In this document: positions 30,460 through 40,062 of the stretch, piece after piece | Numbering within the stretch: the stretch's first letter is position 1 | Layout: every line of letters starts with the position of its first letter | Position numbers and translations under genes: made by a program | Source of the DNA: Candidatus Entotheonellaceae bacterium | GTDB taxonomy: Bacteria > Tectomicrobia > Entotheonellia > Entotheonellales > Entotheonellaceae | DNA length: 64,000 nucleotides | Assembly (NCBI GenBank): GCA_965238075.1 | Contig: OZ250173.1 | Coordinates: 2,400,001-2,464,000, forward strand | Reading direction: 5' to 3' | Notes under the pieces: model-generated | Database searches by the model: none | The model's input: only the letters and a program-made list of their open reading frames with translations | Told to the model about the DNA's origin: nothing

Positions 30460-31917
30460 ATGGAACTCTACGAACTGCGGCACGTGGTGAATCTGGCGCT
30501 GGACGTGATTGCCGGGGACTCATCGTTTCTGGAGGCCGAGGTCTGCGCCTCCTGGTGCGAACAGCAGATTGCCGAGTTGAGCCACGATACCGCCCAGCCC
30601 GAAAACGCCGGGCCATCCCTGCGTGACGAAACGGCTTGCGGTTTCAGCATCCTCCTGGTCATGGCCGATGGCGCCGGTCGCAAAGTCGGCTTCGGTGTCG
30701 ACCGCGACGACCTCACTCGCGACAGCATCGCCCTGGCGTTGGAAATTGCCAAACAGAGCGCCGTTGTCGATCCGGGTTTTACAAGCCTGCCGAAGCCGCC
30801 GGAAGCGATCCCAACTGCCCCCATGCTGCACGATCCGGCGGTCATGAGCCTGTCCGACGATGCCGTCGCGGGGTTGGCCAGCGAAGCGCTGGACGGCGCC
30901 CTTTCGACCTTCAGGGAAGCGGCTGTTGAGGCCCCGTTCCGGATCAGCGGCGAGGTGTGCAGCCGCACGGAATTGCTGGTGGTCGGTAATTCGCACGGTT
31001 TGTTGGCCGAAGATACCTCAACTGCCCTGTTCGCCACTCTGCATGGGTATCTCGGCTCGCAACAGAGCCACGGTGTCGGCAGCCACAGCGCCACGCATCT
31101 CAAGGACTTCTCACCGCACGATGCCGGCGTCGAAGCGGTCACAGAGGCGTTGCGGGCACGCGACGGCACGGCTTTGCCGGCTGGCGAGTATGCCGTCATC
31201 TTCGGTCCTCGGGCCGTTGCCGACCTGTGCCAGGATATCCTGCTGCCGGCCCTCAGCCTCGATACCCTGGCAAACGGTATCAGCCCCTTTGAAGGTCGAT
31301 TCGGTCAACAAATCACCAGCACCTTTCTGACCGTCGCCGATGAAGGTCGCTTTCCCGGCTTGGTCGGCAGTCGCACGATAACCGGCGACGGTTTGCCCAC
31401 CGGCAGCACCACCCTGATCGCCGGCGGTCGTTTGACGGGTTTTCTGGCCGATGTCTATCATACCCAGGCCATGGCGCCGAAGTTCGGTCCGCTGCCGCCA
31501 TACAACGGCATGCGGCACGCCATGTACGGTGAAAGCTTTGCCATGCGCCCCGGTATTTTCCCCACCAACGTCATCTTCGCCAGCGACACAGCCGTGTCGC
31601 GCGATGCGCTTGTGGCGCCGATAACGAACGGCATTTACGTCGGTGGCCTGTGGGCCACGGCATTCCGGCGCGGCGTGGCGCCCGGCGACTTCATCAGCAC
31701 GATCGTCGGCCCTTCCTTCCACATTCACGAAGGCAAGTTCGCCCAACCTCTGCAACCTCGCGTGCTGCATATTCAGGACAATGTGCTTGACGTGTTGCAA
31801 CGCCTTACCGGCCTTTCCACGCTACGGCGTCCGGTCGTGCTGACCAGCGGCCAATCCGTGGTGCTGGCGCCCGAGTTGCGGTGCAGCCGGGTTTCGTTTG
31901 TTCAGCGTCGAGGATAG
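30460..31917 (+). CDS. TldE/PmbA-like protein
   Basis: GEYAVIFGP, LTVADEG, GDGLPT, GRLTGFL, TNGIYV, GDF; no HExxxH seen; start uncertain. Confidence 0.75.
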   Translation: MELYELRHVVNLALDVIAGDSSFLEAEVCASWCEQQIAELSHDTAQPENAGPSLRDETACGFSILLVMADGAGRKVGFGVDRDDLTRDSIALALEIAKQSAVVDPGFTSLPKPPEAIPTAPMLHDPAVMSLSDDAVAGLASEALDGALSTFREAAVEAPFRISGEVCSRTELLVVGNSHGLLAEDTSTALFATLHGYLGSQQSHGVGSHSATHLKDFSPHDAGVEAVTEALRARDGTALPAGEYAVIFGPRAVADLCQDILLPALSLDTLANGISPFEGRFGQQITSTFLTVADEGRFPGLVGSRTITGDGLPTGSTTLIAGGRLTGFLADVYHTQAMAPKFGPLPPYNGMRHAMYGESFAMRPGIFPTNVIFASDTAVSRDALVAPITNGIYVGGLWATAFRRGVAPGDFISTIVGPSFHIHEGKFAQPLQPRVLHIQDNVLDVLQRLTGLSTLRRPVVLTSGQSVVLAPELRCSRVSFVQRRG

Positions 31918-32636
31918 CGAAGCGCCCAGCCGAGTTGCCGGGCAATACCGCGCAGCCGCCGCACGTCGCGTCGTTCGAGGCCGGTGCGCTCGAAAATACG
32001 CCGCAGGCCGCTGAGGGCGCGCTCCACCGCCGGTTCTCCGGGGAAACCGCGTACCGAGAAAGCCTGCCGAAGATGCTGGTACATGGCCTCGCTTTCCGCC
32101 ACGGAAGCGAGCGGCGGCGCGGGCGGCGTGGCGGGGGCATGGCGGGGCTGCGAGATTTCGTAACACACGACCGCCACCGCCTGGGCCAAGTTGAGCGACG
32201 GCGCCTCGGGGGAAGTGGGGATTGCTACCAAGTCGTGACAAGCGTCGAGTTCCGCGGTGGTCAGCCCGGCGTCTTCCGGGCCGAATACCAGGCCGACCCG
32301 ATACGGCTGGCACAGCGCCGGCAGTTTGTCGCCGAGTAGCCGAGGCGTCAGCGGCATGTTGCGGTGCTGGCGCTGGCGCGCCGACGTGCCGGCCAGCCAA
32401 TGACACGTCGCGGTAGCGGCGGCCAGGGTGTCGTGAACCGCCGCCTCCTCCAGCAGGTCTCGCGCGCCGCTGGCCATCATGCGCGCTTCCGGGTGGGGGA
32501 ATCGCTCGGGGGCCACGAGCACTAGGCGGCCGAAGCCCATATTGCGCATCACGCGCGCCACCGACCCGATATTACCCGGACTTTGTGGACGCACAAGAAT
32601 GATGCTGACGTGGGCTTTATTGAGGGCGGGACTCAT
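31902..32636 (-). CDS. trmJ: TrmJ/LasT-family SPOUT RNA methyltransferase
   Basis: PGNIGSVARVMRNMG, GTSAR, LVFGPEDAGL, SLNLAQAV. Confidence 0.85.
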   Translation of the reverse strand: MSPALNKAHVSIILVRPQSPGNIGSVARVMRNMGFGRLVLVAPERFPHPEARMMASGARDLLEEAAVHDTLAAATATCHWLAGTSARQRQHRNMPLTPRLLGDKLPALCQPYRVGLVFGPEDAGLTTAELDACHDLVAIPTSPEAPSLNLAQAVAVVCYEISQPRHAPATPPAPPLASVAESEAMYQHLRQAFSVRGFPGEPAVERALSGLRRIFERTGLERRDVRRLRGIARQLGWALRYPRR

Positions 32637-32684
32637 TCGCGGCGTGCTCCCTACGAGCCGTTCCTGGCGTTGCCGGAAGCGCGG

Positions 32685-34217
32685 TTAGCCGATCAGGGTC
32701 TTGGGTGCGATGCGGTACTTCTTCAACTTGTAGCCGAGTTGCCTGGGGGTGATGCCAAGTAGCATGGCGGCCCGCGTCTGCACACCGCCGCTCGTCTGCA
32801 GGGCCTCGACGAGCCGTTCGCGCTCGATCTCGGCCACCGCCTTGGGAAGCGTCGATGAACGGGTTTCGGGAGAGGGCGCCGGGGTTTCGGCTACCGCAGC
32901 CAGCGGAGGCGGGCTCAGGCTCATTGAAAGCGGCACGTCCTCGGGCGCCACGATATCCCGGCGGGTCATCACGACCATGCGCTCAACGCAATTTTCCAAC
33001 TCTCGAACGTTGCCGGGCCAGTCGTACTCGACGATCAGGTCCATGGCGGCGGACGAAATTTTCAGGTGCTTGCGATTCTCCGCGTTGAAGCGCACCAGGA
33101 AATAGCCCACCAGAGAGGGAATGTCTTCACGCCGCTCGCGCAATGAGGGCAGCACGATGGGCACGACGTGCAGGCGGTAGTAGAGGTCTTCGCGGAAGTG
33201 CCGGTGGCGCACGGCCTCTTCCAGATCGACGTTCGTGGCGGCGATGATGCGTACGTCGACCGAGATCGGGCGATGGCCGCCGACGCGCTCGAAGTTGCGC
33301 TCTTGCAGGACGCGCAGCAGCTTCACCTGCATCGCCAAGCTCATGTCGCCGATTTCGTCGAGGAACAAAGTGCCGTTATCCGCAAGCTCGAAACGGCCGC
33401 GCCGCGTTTTGATCGCCCCGGTGAAGGCGCCTTTTTCGTGCCCGAACAGTTCGCTCTCCAACAACGTTTCCGGCAACGCGGCGCAGTTGAGCTTGACGAA
33501 CGGCTGCTGGCGCCGCGCACTCAGCTTGTGCAACGCGCGGGCGACCAGTTCCTTGCCGGTGCCGCTCTCGCCGCGCAGCAGGATGGTCGAACGACTGCTG
33601 GCCGCCTGCTGAATCTCGTGCATGATGGCCTTCATACGGGCGCTGTGGCCGACGATCTGATCCGGGTTGTAGCTGGCGGAGAGCCCGGCAGCGGCGTCGC
33701 TGGTGACGTCGGGCTGCGCCTTGAGGCGTTCTTGCAGGCTGGCCGTTTGCAGGTGACAGCCAAGAACGGTGCCGACGACGTTCAGACACGTCAGAGCGGT
33801 TCCCAGCGGCACGGGCGGCTGTTTGAGGCAGAAAAAAACCATGACGCCGATGGCCTGCTGCACGCCCGTCAAAGGCGTGGACAGGACCATCCCCTCGGAC
33901 GTTCGGCCTGGCCGGGAGCCGGGAAGCACCGTGTGGCGGGCAGTGGCTTCGCCGTGGGCCTCAACGCCATCAACGAGTTCCCGCCCCATTTGAATGATTT
34001 GTCTCTGATCATCCCCGCAAGCCCACTCGTGCTGCCGTTTGGGCGAGGCGTCGGACAAGACGATGGCGCCGCCGCGGGCGCCCAGCACCTCGGTCAGCGT
34101 GTGCAGAGCGCGGTCGAGGGTGGTGAATGCGTTGCGGCTGCTGCGCACCAGATGCGCGATCTGTTCGAGTCGTTGCATGGGCCCGTTGAGCGGTTCAGAG
34201 CCAGCCGATTTTGCCAT
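32685..34217 (-). CDS. Sigma-54-dependent activator (GAF-like + AAA + Fis HTH; NifA-like architecture)
   Basis: GESGTGKE, ESELFGHEKGAFTGA, FLDEIG, REDLYYRL, WPGNVREL, C-terminal HTH; GGAGG RBS. Confidence 0.93.
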   Translation of the reverse strand: MAKSAGSEPLNGPMQRLEQIAHLVRSSRNAFTTLDRALHTLTEVLGARGGAIVLSDASPKRQHEWACGDDQRQIIQMGRELVDGVEAHGEATARHTVLPGSRPGRTSEGMVLSTPLTGVQQAIGVMVFFCLKQPPVPLGTALTCLNVVGTVLGCHLQTASLQERLKAQPDVTSDAAAGLSASYNPDQIVGHSARMKAIMHEIQQAASSRSTILLRGESGTGKELVARALHKLSARRQQPFVKLNCAALPETLLESELFGHEKGAFTGAIKTRRGRFELADNGTLFLDEIGDMSLAMQVKLLRVLQERNFERVGGHRPISVDVRIIAATNVDLEEAVRHRHFREDLYYRLHVVPIVLPSLRERREDIPSLVGYFLVRFNAENRKHLKISSAAMDLIVEYDWPGNVRELENCVERMVVMTRRDIVAPEDVPLSMSLSPPPLAAVAETPAPSPETRSSTLPKAVAEIERERLVEALQTSGGVQTRAAMLLGITPRQLGYKLKKYRIAPKTLIG

Positions 34218-34337
34218 TCTGTTAACCTCCCCCGGCAGAAGGTTCTTCAATACTGTACGCCCAATGGCATACACGTTGTTAGGGTGGAGGTCAAGCGCCG
34301 CGGGCGGTTTTCGCGTGTCGGCCCTTGTTGCATTTGC

Positions 34338-34352
34338 GCGGCAATCGTGCCA
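34338..34352 (-). promoter_or_regulatory. Possible sigma-54 -24/-12 promoter
   Basis: TGGCACGATTGCCGC on the minus strand: GG and GC correctly spaced, TT replaced by CC. Confidence 0.35.
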
Positions 34353-34398
34353 CGGTCGGTTCCGGCGAAATGATACCCCGTGAGTCTGTGGAGCGAGT

Positions 34399-35127
34399 AT
34401 GCGGAACTACGATGCGGTATTTTTCGATGCGGCGAATACCCTCCTGTATCCCTATCCATCCGTGGGCGCCGTCTACGCCGAGGTGGCCGCGCGGTATGGC
34501 GTAACGACGACGGCTGATGCCGTGCAGGCGGCCTTCCGCCGGTCGTGGGCCGAGGCCAACGCGGCCGCCGATAGCGACCCGGTGCGCTACGGTGTCGGCG
34601 AACCCGACGGGCGCCGTTTCTGGCACGCCTTGGTGCACGCTACTTTTGCGAAGATCGAGCTGCCCAAGGATTTCGAGGCGTTCTTCGATGAGTTGTACTG
34701 GCTCTTTTCGCAACCGACCGTCTGGCGGCTTTACCCGGAATGCCTCGCGGTGCTTCAAACCCTGCGCCAGCGGGGGTACACCGTCGGCGTTATTTCCAAC
34801 TGGGACATCCGGCTGCTAGACCTGTTGCATGGCCTGGGGCTGATGGCCTGTGTGCAGCACGTCAACATCTCCGCCGTGGTCGGTTGGGAGAAGCCGCACG
34901 GCAATATTTTCGCGCACGCCCTCGACGCCATTGGCGTGGCTCCCGTGCGCGCCGTGCATGTTGGGGATAGCCTGCACGCCGACGTGCACGGCGCGCGGCA
35001 AGCCGGCATGCAGCCGCTGTGGCTGCGACGGGACGACGATGCGCACCGCGATGGTGTGTCCGGAGATGATGAGGTGATTCACGACCTCAATGGCGTCCTC
35101 GATTGGCTGGCGAAGCATGACGCGTAG
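34399..35127 (+). CDS. HAD-IA family hydrolase (REG-2-like)
   Basis: FFDAANTL, VISNWD, EKPH, HVGDSLHADV. Confidence 0.9.
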   Translation: MRNYDAVFFDAANTLLYPYPSVGAVYAEVAARYGVTTTADAVQAAFRRSWAEANAAADSDPVRYGVGEPDGRRFWHALVHATFAKIELPKDFEAFFDELYWLFSQPTVWRLYPECLAVLQTLRQRGYTVGVISNWDIRLLDLLHGLGLMACVQHVNISAVVGWEKPHGNIFAHALDAIGVAPVRAVHVGDSLHADVHGARQAGMQPLWLRRDDDAHRDGVSGDDEVIHDLNGVLDWLAKHDA

Positions 35128-35312
35128 CATGCGTTATCCACTGTCCACCGAACTTGCGGCCAGTTGCGCCGCCCAATGCCCCAAAGCGTGATTCCGGCAC
35201 GTTGCGCCATCCAGCGCCTGTTTGGTATTGTTACCGCACTTTCCGCATCCGCATTTGAACGCATCGGCAATGGGCTGTTTGGCTCGACGGACAGCACTGT
35301 TAGGAGTTACGT

Positions 35313-36503
35313 ATGGCTAAGACGCAGCAAGATTTTCTTGTCGCGGCGCGGCAGGAAATCCCGGAAGTGAGCGTGCAGGAGGTGCAGGAACGCGGCCAGC
35401 CCGGTGACGACTTTGTGCTCCTGGACGTACGCGAGAACGACGAGGTGCGCGCCGGCTACATCGACGGGGCGGTCGCCATTCCGCGCGGGTTTCTCGAATT
35501 TCAAGTGGCCAGCAAGGTGCCGCAGACCGACAAGGAAATAATCGTTTACTGTGCGGGTGGCGCTCGCTCGCTGCTGGCGGCTCAGGTGCTGCGCTCAATG
35601 GGGTATGAAAACGTGTCGTCGATGGCCGGCGGCGTTACCCGCTGGAAGGATGCCGGGTTTCCCGTTCAGCGGGACCGGCAGCTCAGTGCGGAGCAGCTCG
35701 AGCGCTACAGCCGGCATTTCCTATTGTCCCAGATCGGCGAAAAGGGACAGGGGAAACTCCTGGACGCCAAGGTCCTGCTGGTTGGCGCCGGCGGCCTCGG
35801 TTCGCCCGCCGCGCTGTATCTCGCCGCCGCGGGTGTCGGCACGCTCGGCCTGGTGGATGCCGACGTGGTGGATCTGTCCAACCTGCAGCGCCAGGTGCTG
35901 CACAGCAACGACCGCATCGGCATGCCCAAAACCGAGTCGGGCAAGATTGCCATCAACGCGATCAACCCGGACGTCAACGTGCAGGCCCACAACATGCGAC
36001 TGACGACCGATAACGTCCTGGACCTGTTCGCCGAGTACGACATCATCGTCGATGGCTGCGACAACTTCCCGACGCGGTATCTGGTCAACGACGCCGCGGT
36101 GTTGGCGCGCAAGCCCGTGGTGCACGGCAGTATTTTCCAGTTTGAGGGACAGGCGAGCGTGTTCAAGCCACCTGAAGGGCCGTGCTATCGTTGCCTGTTT
36201 CCCACGCCGCCGCCGCCGGGGCTGGTGCCCTCGTGAAGCGAGGCCGGCGTCCTGGGAGTTTTGCCCGGGGTCATTGGTGTGGTGCAGGCGACGGAAACCG
36301 TGAAGCTCATCGTCGGACAGGGAGAACCCCTGGTCGGCCGCCTGCTGATGTACGACTCGTTGGCTATGACGTTCCGCGAAATCCGCCTGCGGCGCGATCC
36401 GAATTGCCCGCTGTGCGGCGACAACCCTACCATCACGGAGTTGGTCAATTACGAGGAGCTTTGTGGTCTTGCCGCTCCGGAACCGGTGGGTGTGGGTGGT
36501 TAA
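35313..36503 (+). CDS. moeB: Rhodanese + MoeB/ThiF (E1-like) fusion; probable selenoprotein (Sec308)
   Basis: Rhodanese YCAGGARS; RYSRH, GAGGLG, DLSNLQRQ, CYRC. In-frame TGA at 36234-36236 in PPPGLVPS*SEAGVLG; the same frame continues to CPLC and TAA at 36503. Confidence 0.9.
36237..36278 (+). promoter_or_regulatory. Candidate bacterial SECIS hairpin
   Basis: CCTGGG-AGTTTTG-CCCGGG stem-loop; the loop begins 20 nt after UGA with G at loop position 2. Confidence 0.65.
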
Positions 36504-36517
36504 GACGTACTGTTGAA

Positions 36518-36569
36518 CCAAAGGAAAGGGCCGGCGTGGGAAGTTACCCACGCCGGCCCTTTCCTTTGG
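36518..36569. terminator. Perfect 23-bp inverted repeat, likely bidirectional terminator
   Basis: ccaaaggaaagggccggcgtggg-aagtta-cccacgccggccctttcctttgg between convergent genes. Confidence 0.8.
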
Positions 36570-36591
36570 CGCCGAGAACGTCCGTCTTCGG

Positions 36592-36942
36592 CTATTGCCA
36601 CGTTCCTTTCACGCAGCGCCCGCAGACCGCATTCGTCGATCCGTCCGGTTTGTGAATCGTCAGTCCGGTGGCGTCGCAGCCGATGCCGCAGAGGAAGCCG
36701 CCACCGAAGCCAACGCACATGAGGCACTCGGTGTCACCCTTGCCGAGTTCGTGGTTGTTGTCCAGCCACTCCTGGAAAATATCGCTCGTGTCGGGTTTCT
36801 GCTCTTTTTCCTGAGTCGCTGCCGGAACGGCCGCGGGTTCATCCTTCGGCGTCTCCTCAGCGTGGCCGCTGATCGCTAAAGCGCCGGCAATGGCAACGGC
36901 CAGGGCAACCTGCACCAAAACGGTGTACAGTTTCCTTTTCAT
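36592..36942 (-). CDS. Small secreted Cys-rich hypothetical protein
   Basis: MKRK + hydrophobic signal ending GHA; acidic linker; CLMC, CGIGC, CGRC; AGGTG RBS. Confidence 0.7.
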   Translation of the reverse strand: MKRKLYTVLVQVALAVAIAGALAISGHAEETPKDEPAAVPAATQEKEQKPDTSDIFQEWLDNNHELGKGDTECLMCVGFGGGFLCGIGCDATGLTIHKPDGSTNAVCGRCVKGTWQ

Positions 36943-37168
36943 CTTCACACCTGTTAACCAACGATTGTTCGTGTACCCGTAGGCGGTTGCCGAACGGGCG
37001 GTCCACCGCATTGTCCGCCATCCGAAACGCTCACGCCAACGATATTATTTCTCGCCGTCCGGTTGGCCCTTGACAGGCCGCGGGGCTTCTGGCTAGATGC
37101 GCCGCCGGTTCGCACGGCTGGGCGATTTGTTACCAACCCGTACCGATTTGCTTAAGGAGTTCGCACGC

Positions 37169-38272
37169 ATGCGCGCAAAGGCCGCCATTCTCTACGAAGC
37201 TGGTACGCCCTTACGGTTTGAAGAAGTCGAAGTCGCCCCGCCGCAAGCCGGTGAGGTGCTGGTGCGGTTGTACGCCGGTGGCGTGTGCCACAGCGACCTG
37301 CACGTCATGAAGGGCGATCTGCTGATGCCCATGCCGATCATCCTCGGGCACGAGGGGTCGGGCGTGATCGAGGACGTCGGCGCGGGCGTCAAATCGGTGC
37401 AGCCCGGCGACCACGTCATTCCCATCTGGCGGGTTTCCTGCGGCACGTGCGAGTACTGCACCGGCGGGCGACCGGCGCTGTGCGACGTGGGCACCGAGAT
37501 GCGCGTCACCGGGCTGATGGAAGACGGCACGACGCGCTTTTCCGCGGCGGGCCAGCCGGTGCGGCACTTCGCGGGAGTGTCGAGTTTTTCCGAGTTGTCC
37601 ACCATGCCAGAAGCCGCGGTGCTCAAGATTCCCAAGGATTTTCCGCTGGATAAGGCGGCATTGCTGGGTTGTGGCGTGATAACCGGGGTCGGGGCCGTGG
37701 CGAACGGCGCGCGAGTCAAGATGGGCAGCACAGTGGCGGTATTCGGCTGCGGCGGCATCGGGCTGAACGCCGTGCAGGGCGCCCGCATCGTCGGGGCCCG
37801 GCGTATCATCGCGGTCGACGTGGCCGAGCAGAAGCTGGAATACGCCCGCACCATGGGCGCGACGCACACCGTTAACGCTGCCGACGTGGACGCCGTCGCT
37901 GCCATCAAGGATCTCACCGACGGGCGCGGCGTGGATTATGCGTTCGAGGCCATCGGCATCACCAAAACGATCGAGCAAGCGTACGCGGCTACGAAGAAAA
38001 TGGGCACCTGTGTGGTCATCGGTGTCACCCGCGCCGATGTGCGGGTCAGCATCAACGCCAACGAGATGGTGTATGCCGAGAAGACACTGATGGGCTCGCT
38101 GTACGGCTCGGCGCGGCCCAAGATCGATCTGCTGCACCTGATGGAGATGTACCGCTCGGGCGACCTGTTGCTGGATGAGCTGCTCACCCGCACCTGGCCG
38201 CTGGCGGAAATCAACGACGCCTACGCGGCGCTCGAACGCGGCGAGGTGGCGCGCAGCCTGGTGCTGGCATGA
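37169..38272 (+). CDS. Zn-dependent alcohol dehydrogenase (class III-like MDR)
   Basis: GVCHSD, GHEG, CGTCEYC...C, LLGCGVITG, GCGGIG. Confidence 0.95.
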   Translation: MRAKAAILYEAGTPLRFEEVEVAPPQAGEVLVRLYAGGVCHSDLHVMKGDLLMPMPIILGHEGSGVIEDVGAGVKSVQPGDHVIPIWRVSCGTCEYCTGGRPALCDVGTEMRVTGLMEDGTTRFSAAGQPVRHFAGVSSFSELSTMPEAAVLKIPKDFPLDKAALLGCGVITGVGAVANGARVKMGSTVAVFGCGGIGLNAVQGARIVGARRIIAVDVAEQKLEYARTMGATHTVNAADVDAVAAIKDLTDGRGVDYAFEAIGITKTIEQAYAATKKMGTCVVIGVTRADVRVSINANEMVYAEKTLMGSLYGSARPKIDLLHLMEMYRSGDLLLDELLTRTWPLAEINDAYAALERGEVARSLVLA

Positions 38273-39978
38273 ACCGCGCCACCATAGCCCGCCGAGGAAA
38301 CCCATCTGCCATGCCCGCCGAGATGCGACAAACGATGCGCCAACGCCTGCTGGCTGAACGCGGCGCGGTGGTGAAGGAAGCGGGCGCCGTGCGCCTGCGC
38401 TTCGCGTTGGCGTATCCGCACACCTACCATATCGGCATGTCAAACCTGGGCCTGCAGACGATCTACCGGCTGGTCAACCAGCGCCCGGACACCCTGTGCG
38501 AGCGTGTCTTTCTGCCTGATCCCGCCGACATCAGCCGCCACGGCTATGCCAACGTACCGTTGGTTTCCGTCGAATCGCAGCGGCCCGTCCGTGATTTTCA
38601 CCTGGTTGGTTTTTCGGTGTCGTACGAGAACGATTACCTGCATCTGCTGCACATGCTGGCGATGCTCCGCATTCCGCTGCTGGCCGCCGAGCGCGATGAG
38701 CGCCACCCACTGATCCTCCTCGGCGGCGCCGTCACCTACCTCAACCCGGAGCCCTTGGCGGATTTCGTCGATCTGATGATCATCGGAGATGGCGAGGACG
38801 CGCTCAACGAGTACCTGGACTTGGCGCACGACACCCTTGGCCAGCCGCGCCGCGCCCACCTGCGCCAGGCGGCGGAAATTCCCGGTGTCTACGTTCCGGC
38901 CCTGCACGACCGGTCCGGGGACGTCAGCCCCATACCGCCGCGCAAAATCGCCGATCTGGCCCAATGGCCGGCGTATTCCACCGTTCTCACCGACGAGACC
39001 GAATTCAGCGGCTCGCTGCTTATCGAGATTACGCGCGGATGCCCCTTCAAGTGCCGATTCTGCACGGTTGGCTACGTCTATCCCAAGTTTCGCCAACTGC
39101 CGGGTGAAATGGTTCTGGACATCGTGACCGCCCAGCAGCGGCGCGACCGCGATAACGGCCTGGCACCGGTCGGAAAGGTGGGTTTGATCAGTTCCGCCAC
39201 CGGTGATTACCGCGCCCTGCCTATGGTGGCGCAGGGGCTGGTGGACATGGGCGTAGGTATCGGCATCTCGTCACTGCGCATGGACCGCATGCCCGACGTG
39301 CTGATTGATTGCATGGTGCGCAGCGGCGTCCGCTCCTGCACCGTCGCCCCCGAGGCGGGTTCCGAGCGTCTGCGGCAGCTCATCCGCAAGGAAATGAGCG
39401 AGGCGGTCATTCTCGAGGGCGTGGAACGCCTGCTGGCCCACGGCGTGCGCGACCTCAAGCTCTATTCCATGATCGGCCTGCCCACCGAAACCGACGATGA
39501 CGTGCAGGAATTGCTGGCCCTGGTCTTGAAGATCTGGGCGCTCATGAAAAGCTACGGCCGTCCCCGCGGCGCCTTGGGAACCCTGACCCTGAGCGTCAAT
39601 CCGTTCATCCCCAAACCCGCCACGCCCCTGCAATGGTGCGCCATGGCCCCCCAGCGCGACGTCAAGGCGAAACTTCACACCCTGCGCCAGGCCCTGCGCC
39701 GTGAATCCTCCATCCGCCTCCAGCACGGCAGTCTCAAAGACGATTACCTCGAAGCCATCCTCGCCCGCGGCGACCGCCAGCTCGGCGCCTTCCTCCTCGA
39801 AACCCATCGTCAACGCGGCAACTGGCCCCGCGCCGCCAAGGTCCTCGGCTTCGACGCCATCGACTGGGTCTGCCAACCGTTGTCTCGTGACGCCATCCTG
39901 CCCTGGGATTTTCTGGAAACCGACCGCCAACGCCAGCGCCTGCACCGTGAGCACGACCGTGCCCTGGCCGTGCCGTAG
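38269..39978 (+). CDS. Radical SAM protein with B12-binding-like N-terminus
   Basis: YPHTYHIGMSNLG, CERVF, RGCPFKCRFC, APEAGSERLR, MIGLPTET, FIPKPATP. Confidence 0.88.
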   Translation: MNRATIARRGNPSAMPAEMRQTMRQRLLAERGAVVKEAGAVRLRFALAYPHTYHIGMSNLGLQTIYRLVNQRPDTLCERVFLPDPADISRHGYANVPLVSVESQRPVRDFHLVGFSVSYENDYLHLLHMLAMLRIPLLAAERDERHPLILLGGAVTYLNPEPLADFVDLMIIGDGEDALNEYLDLAHDTLGQPRRAHLRQAAEIPGVYVPALHDRSGDVSPIPPRKIADLAQWPAYSTVLTDETEFSGSLLIEITRGCPFKCRFCTVGYVYPKFRQLPGEMVLDIVTAQQRRDRDNGLAPVGKVGLISSATGDYRALPMVAQGLVDMGVGIGISSLRMDRMPDVLIDCMVRSGVRSCTVAPEAGSERLRQLIRKEMSEAVILEGVERLLAHGVRDLKLYSMIGLPTETDDDVQELLALVLKIWALMKSYGRPRGALGTLTLSVNPFIPKPATPLQWCAMAPQRDVKAKLHTLRQALRRESSIRLQHGSLKDDYLEAILARGDRQLGAFLLETHRQRGNWPRAAKVLGFDAIDWVCQPLSRDAILPWDFLETDRQRQRLHREHDRALAVP

Positions 39979-40062
39979 CAGGAGGGAGGCTGTAGCACAA
40001 GCTCCCTTACGTGGGTGCAATAAGGCTGCAAGCTGTCGTCGGACGGCTTCGGAGGGCTAAGG

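Noticed and set aside
32685-34217. Calling the activator nifA
   Set aside because: Architecture only; no nitrogen-fixation genes nearby and the input domain is divergent.
35135-35143. DnaA-box-like TTATCCACT
   Set aside because: A single 8/9 match with no cluster and no origin context.
35313-36503. moeB as a nonsense pseudogene or as two genes
   Set aside because: The stop is TGA exactly at a conserved Cys, both halves are intact and a SECIS-like hairpin follows; recoding is more parsimonious.
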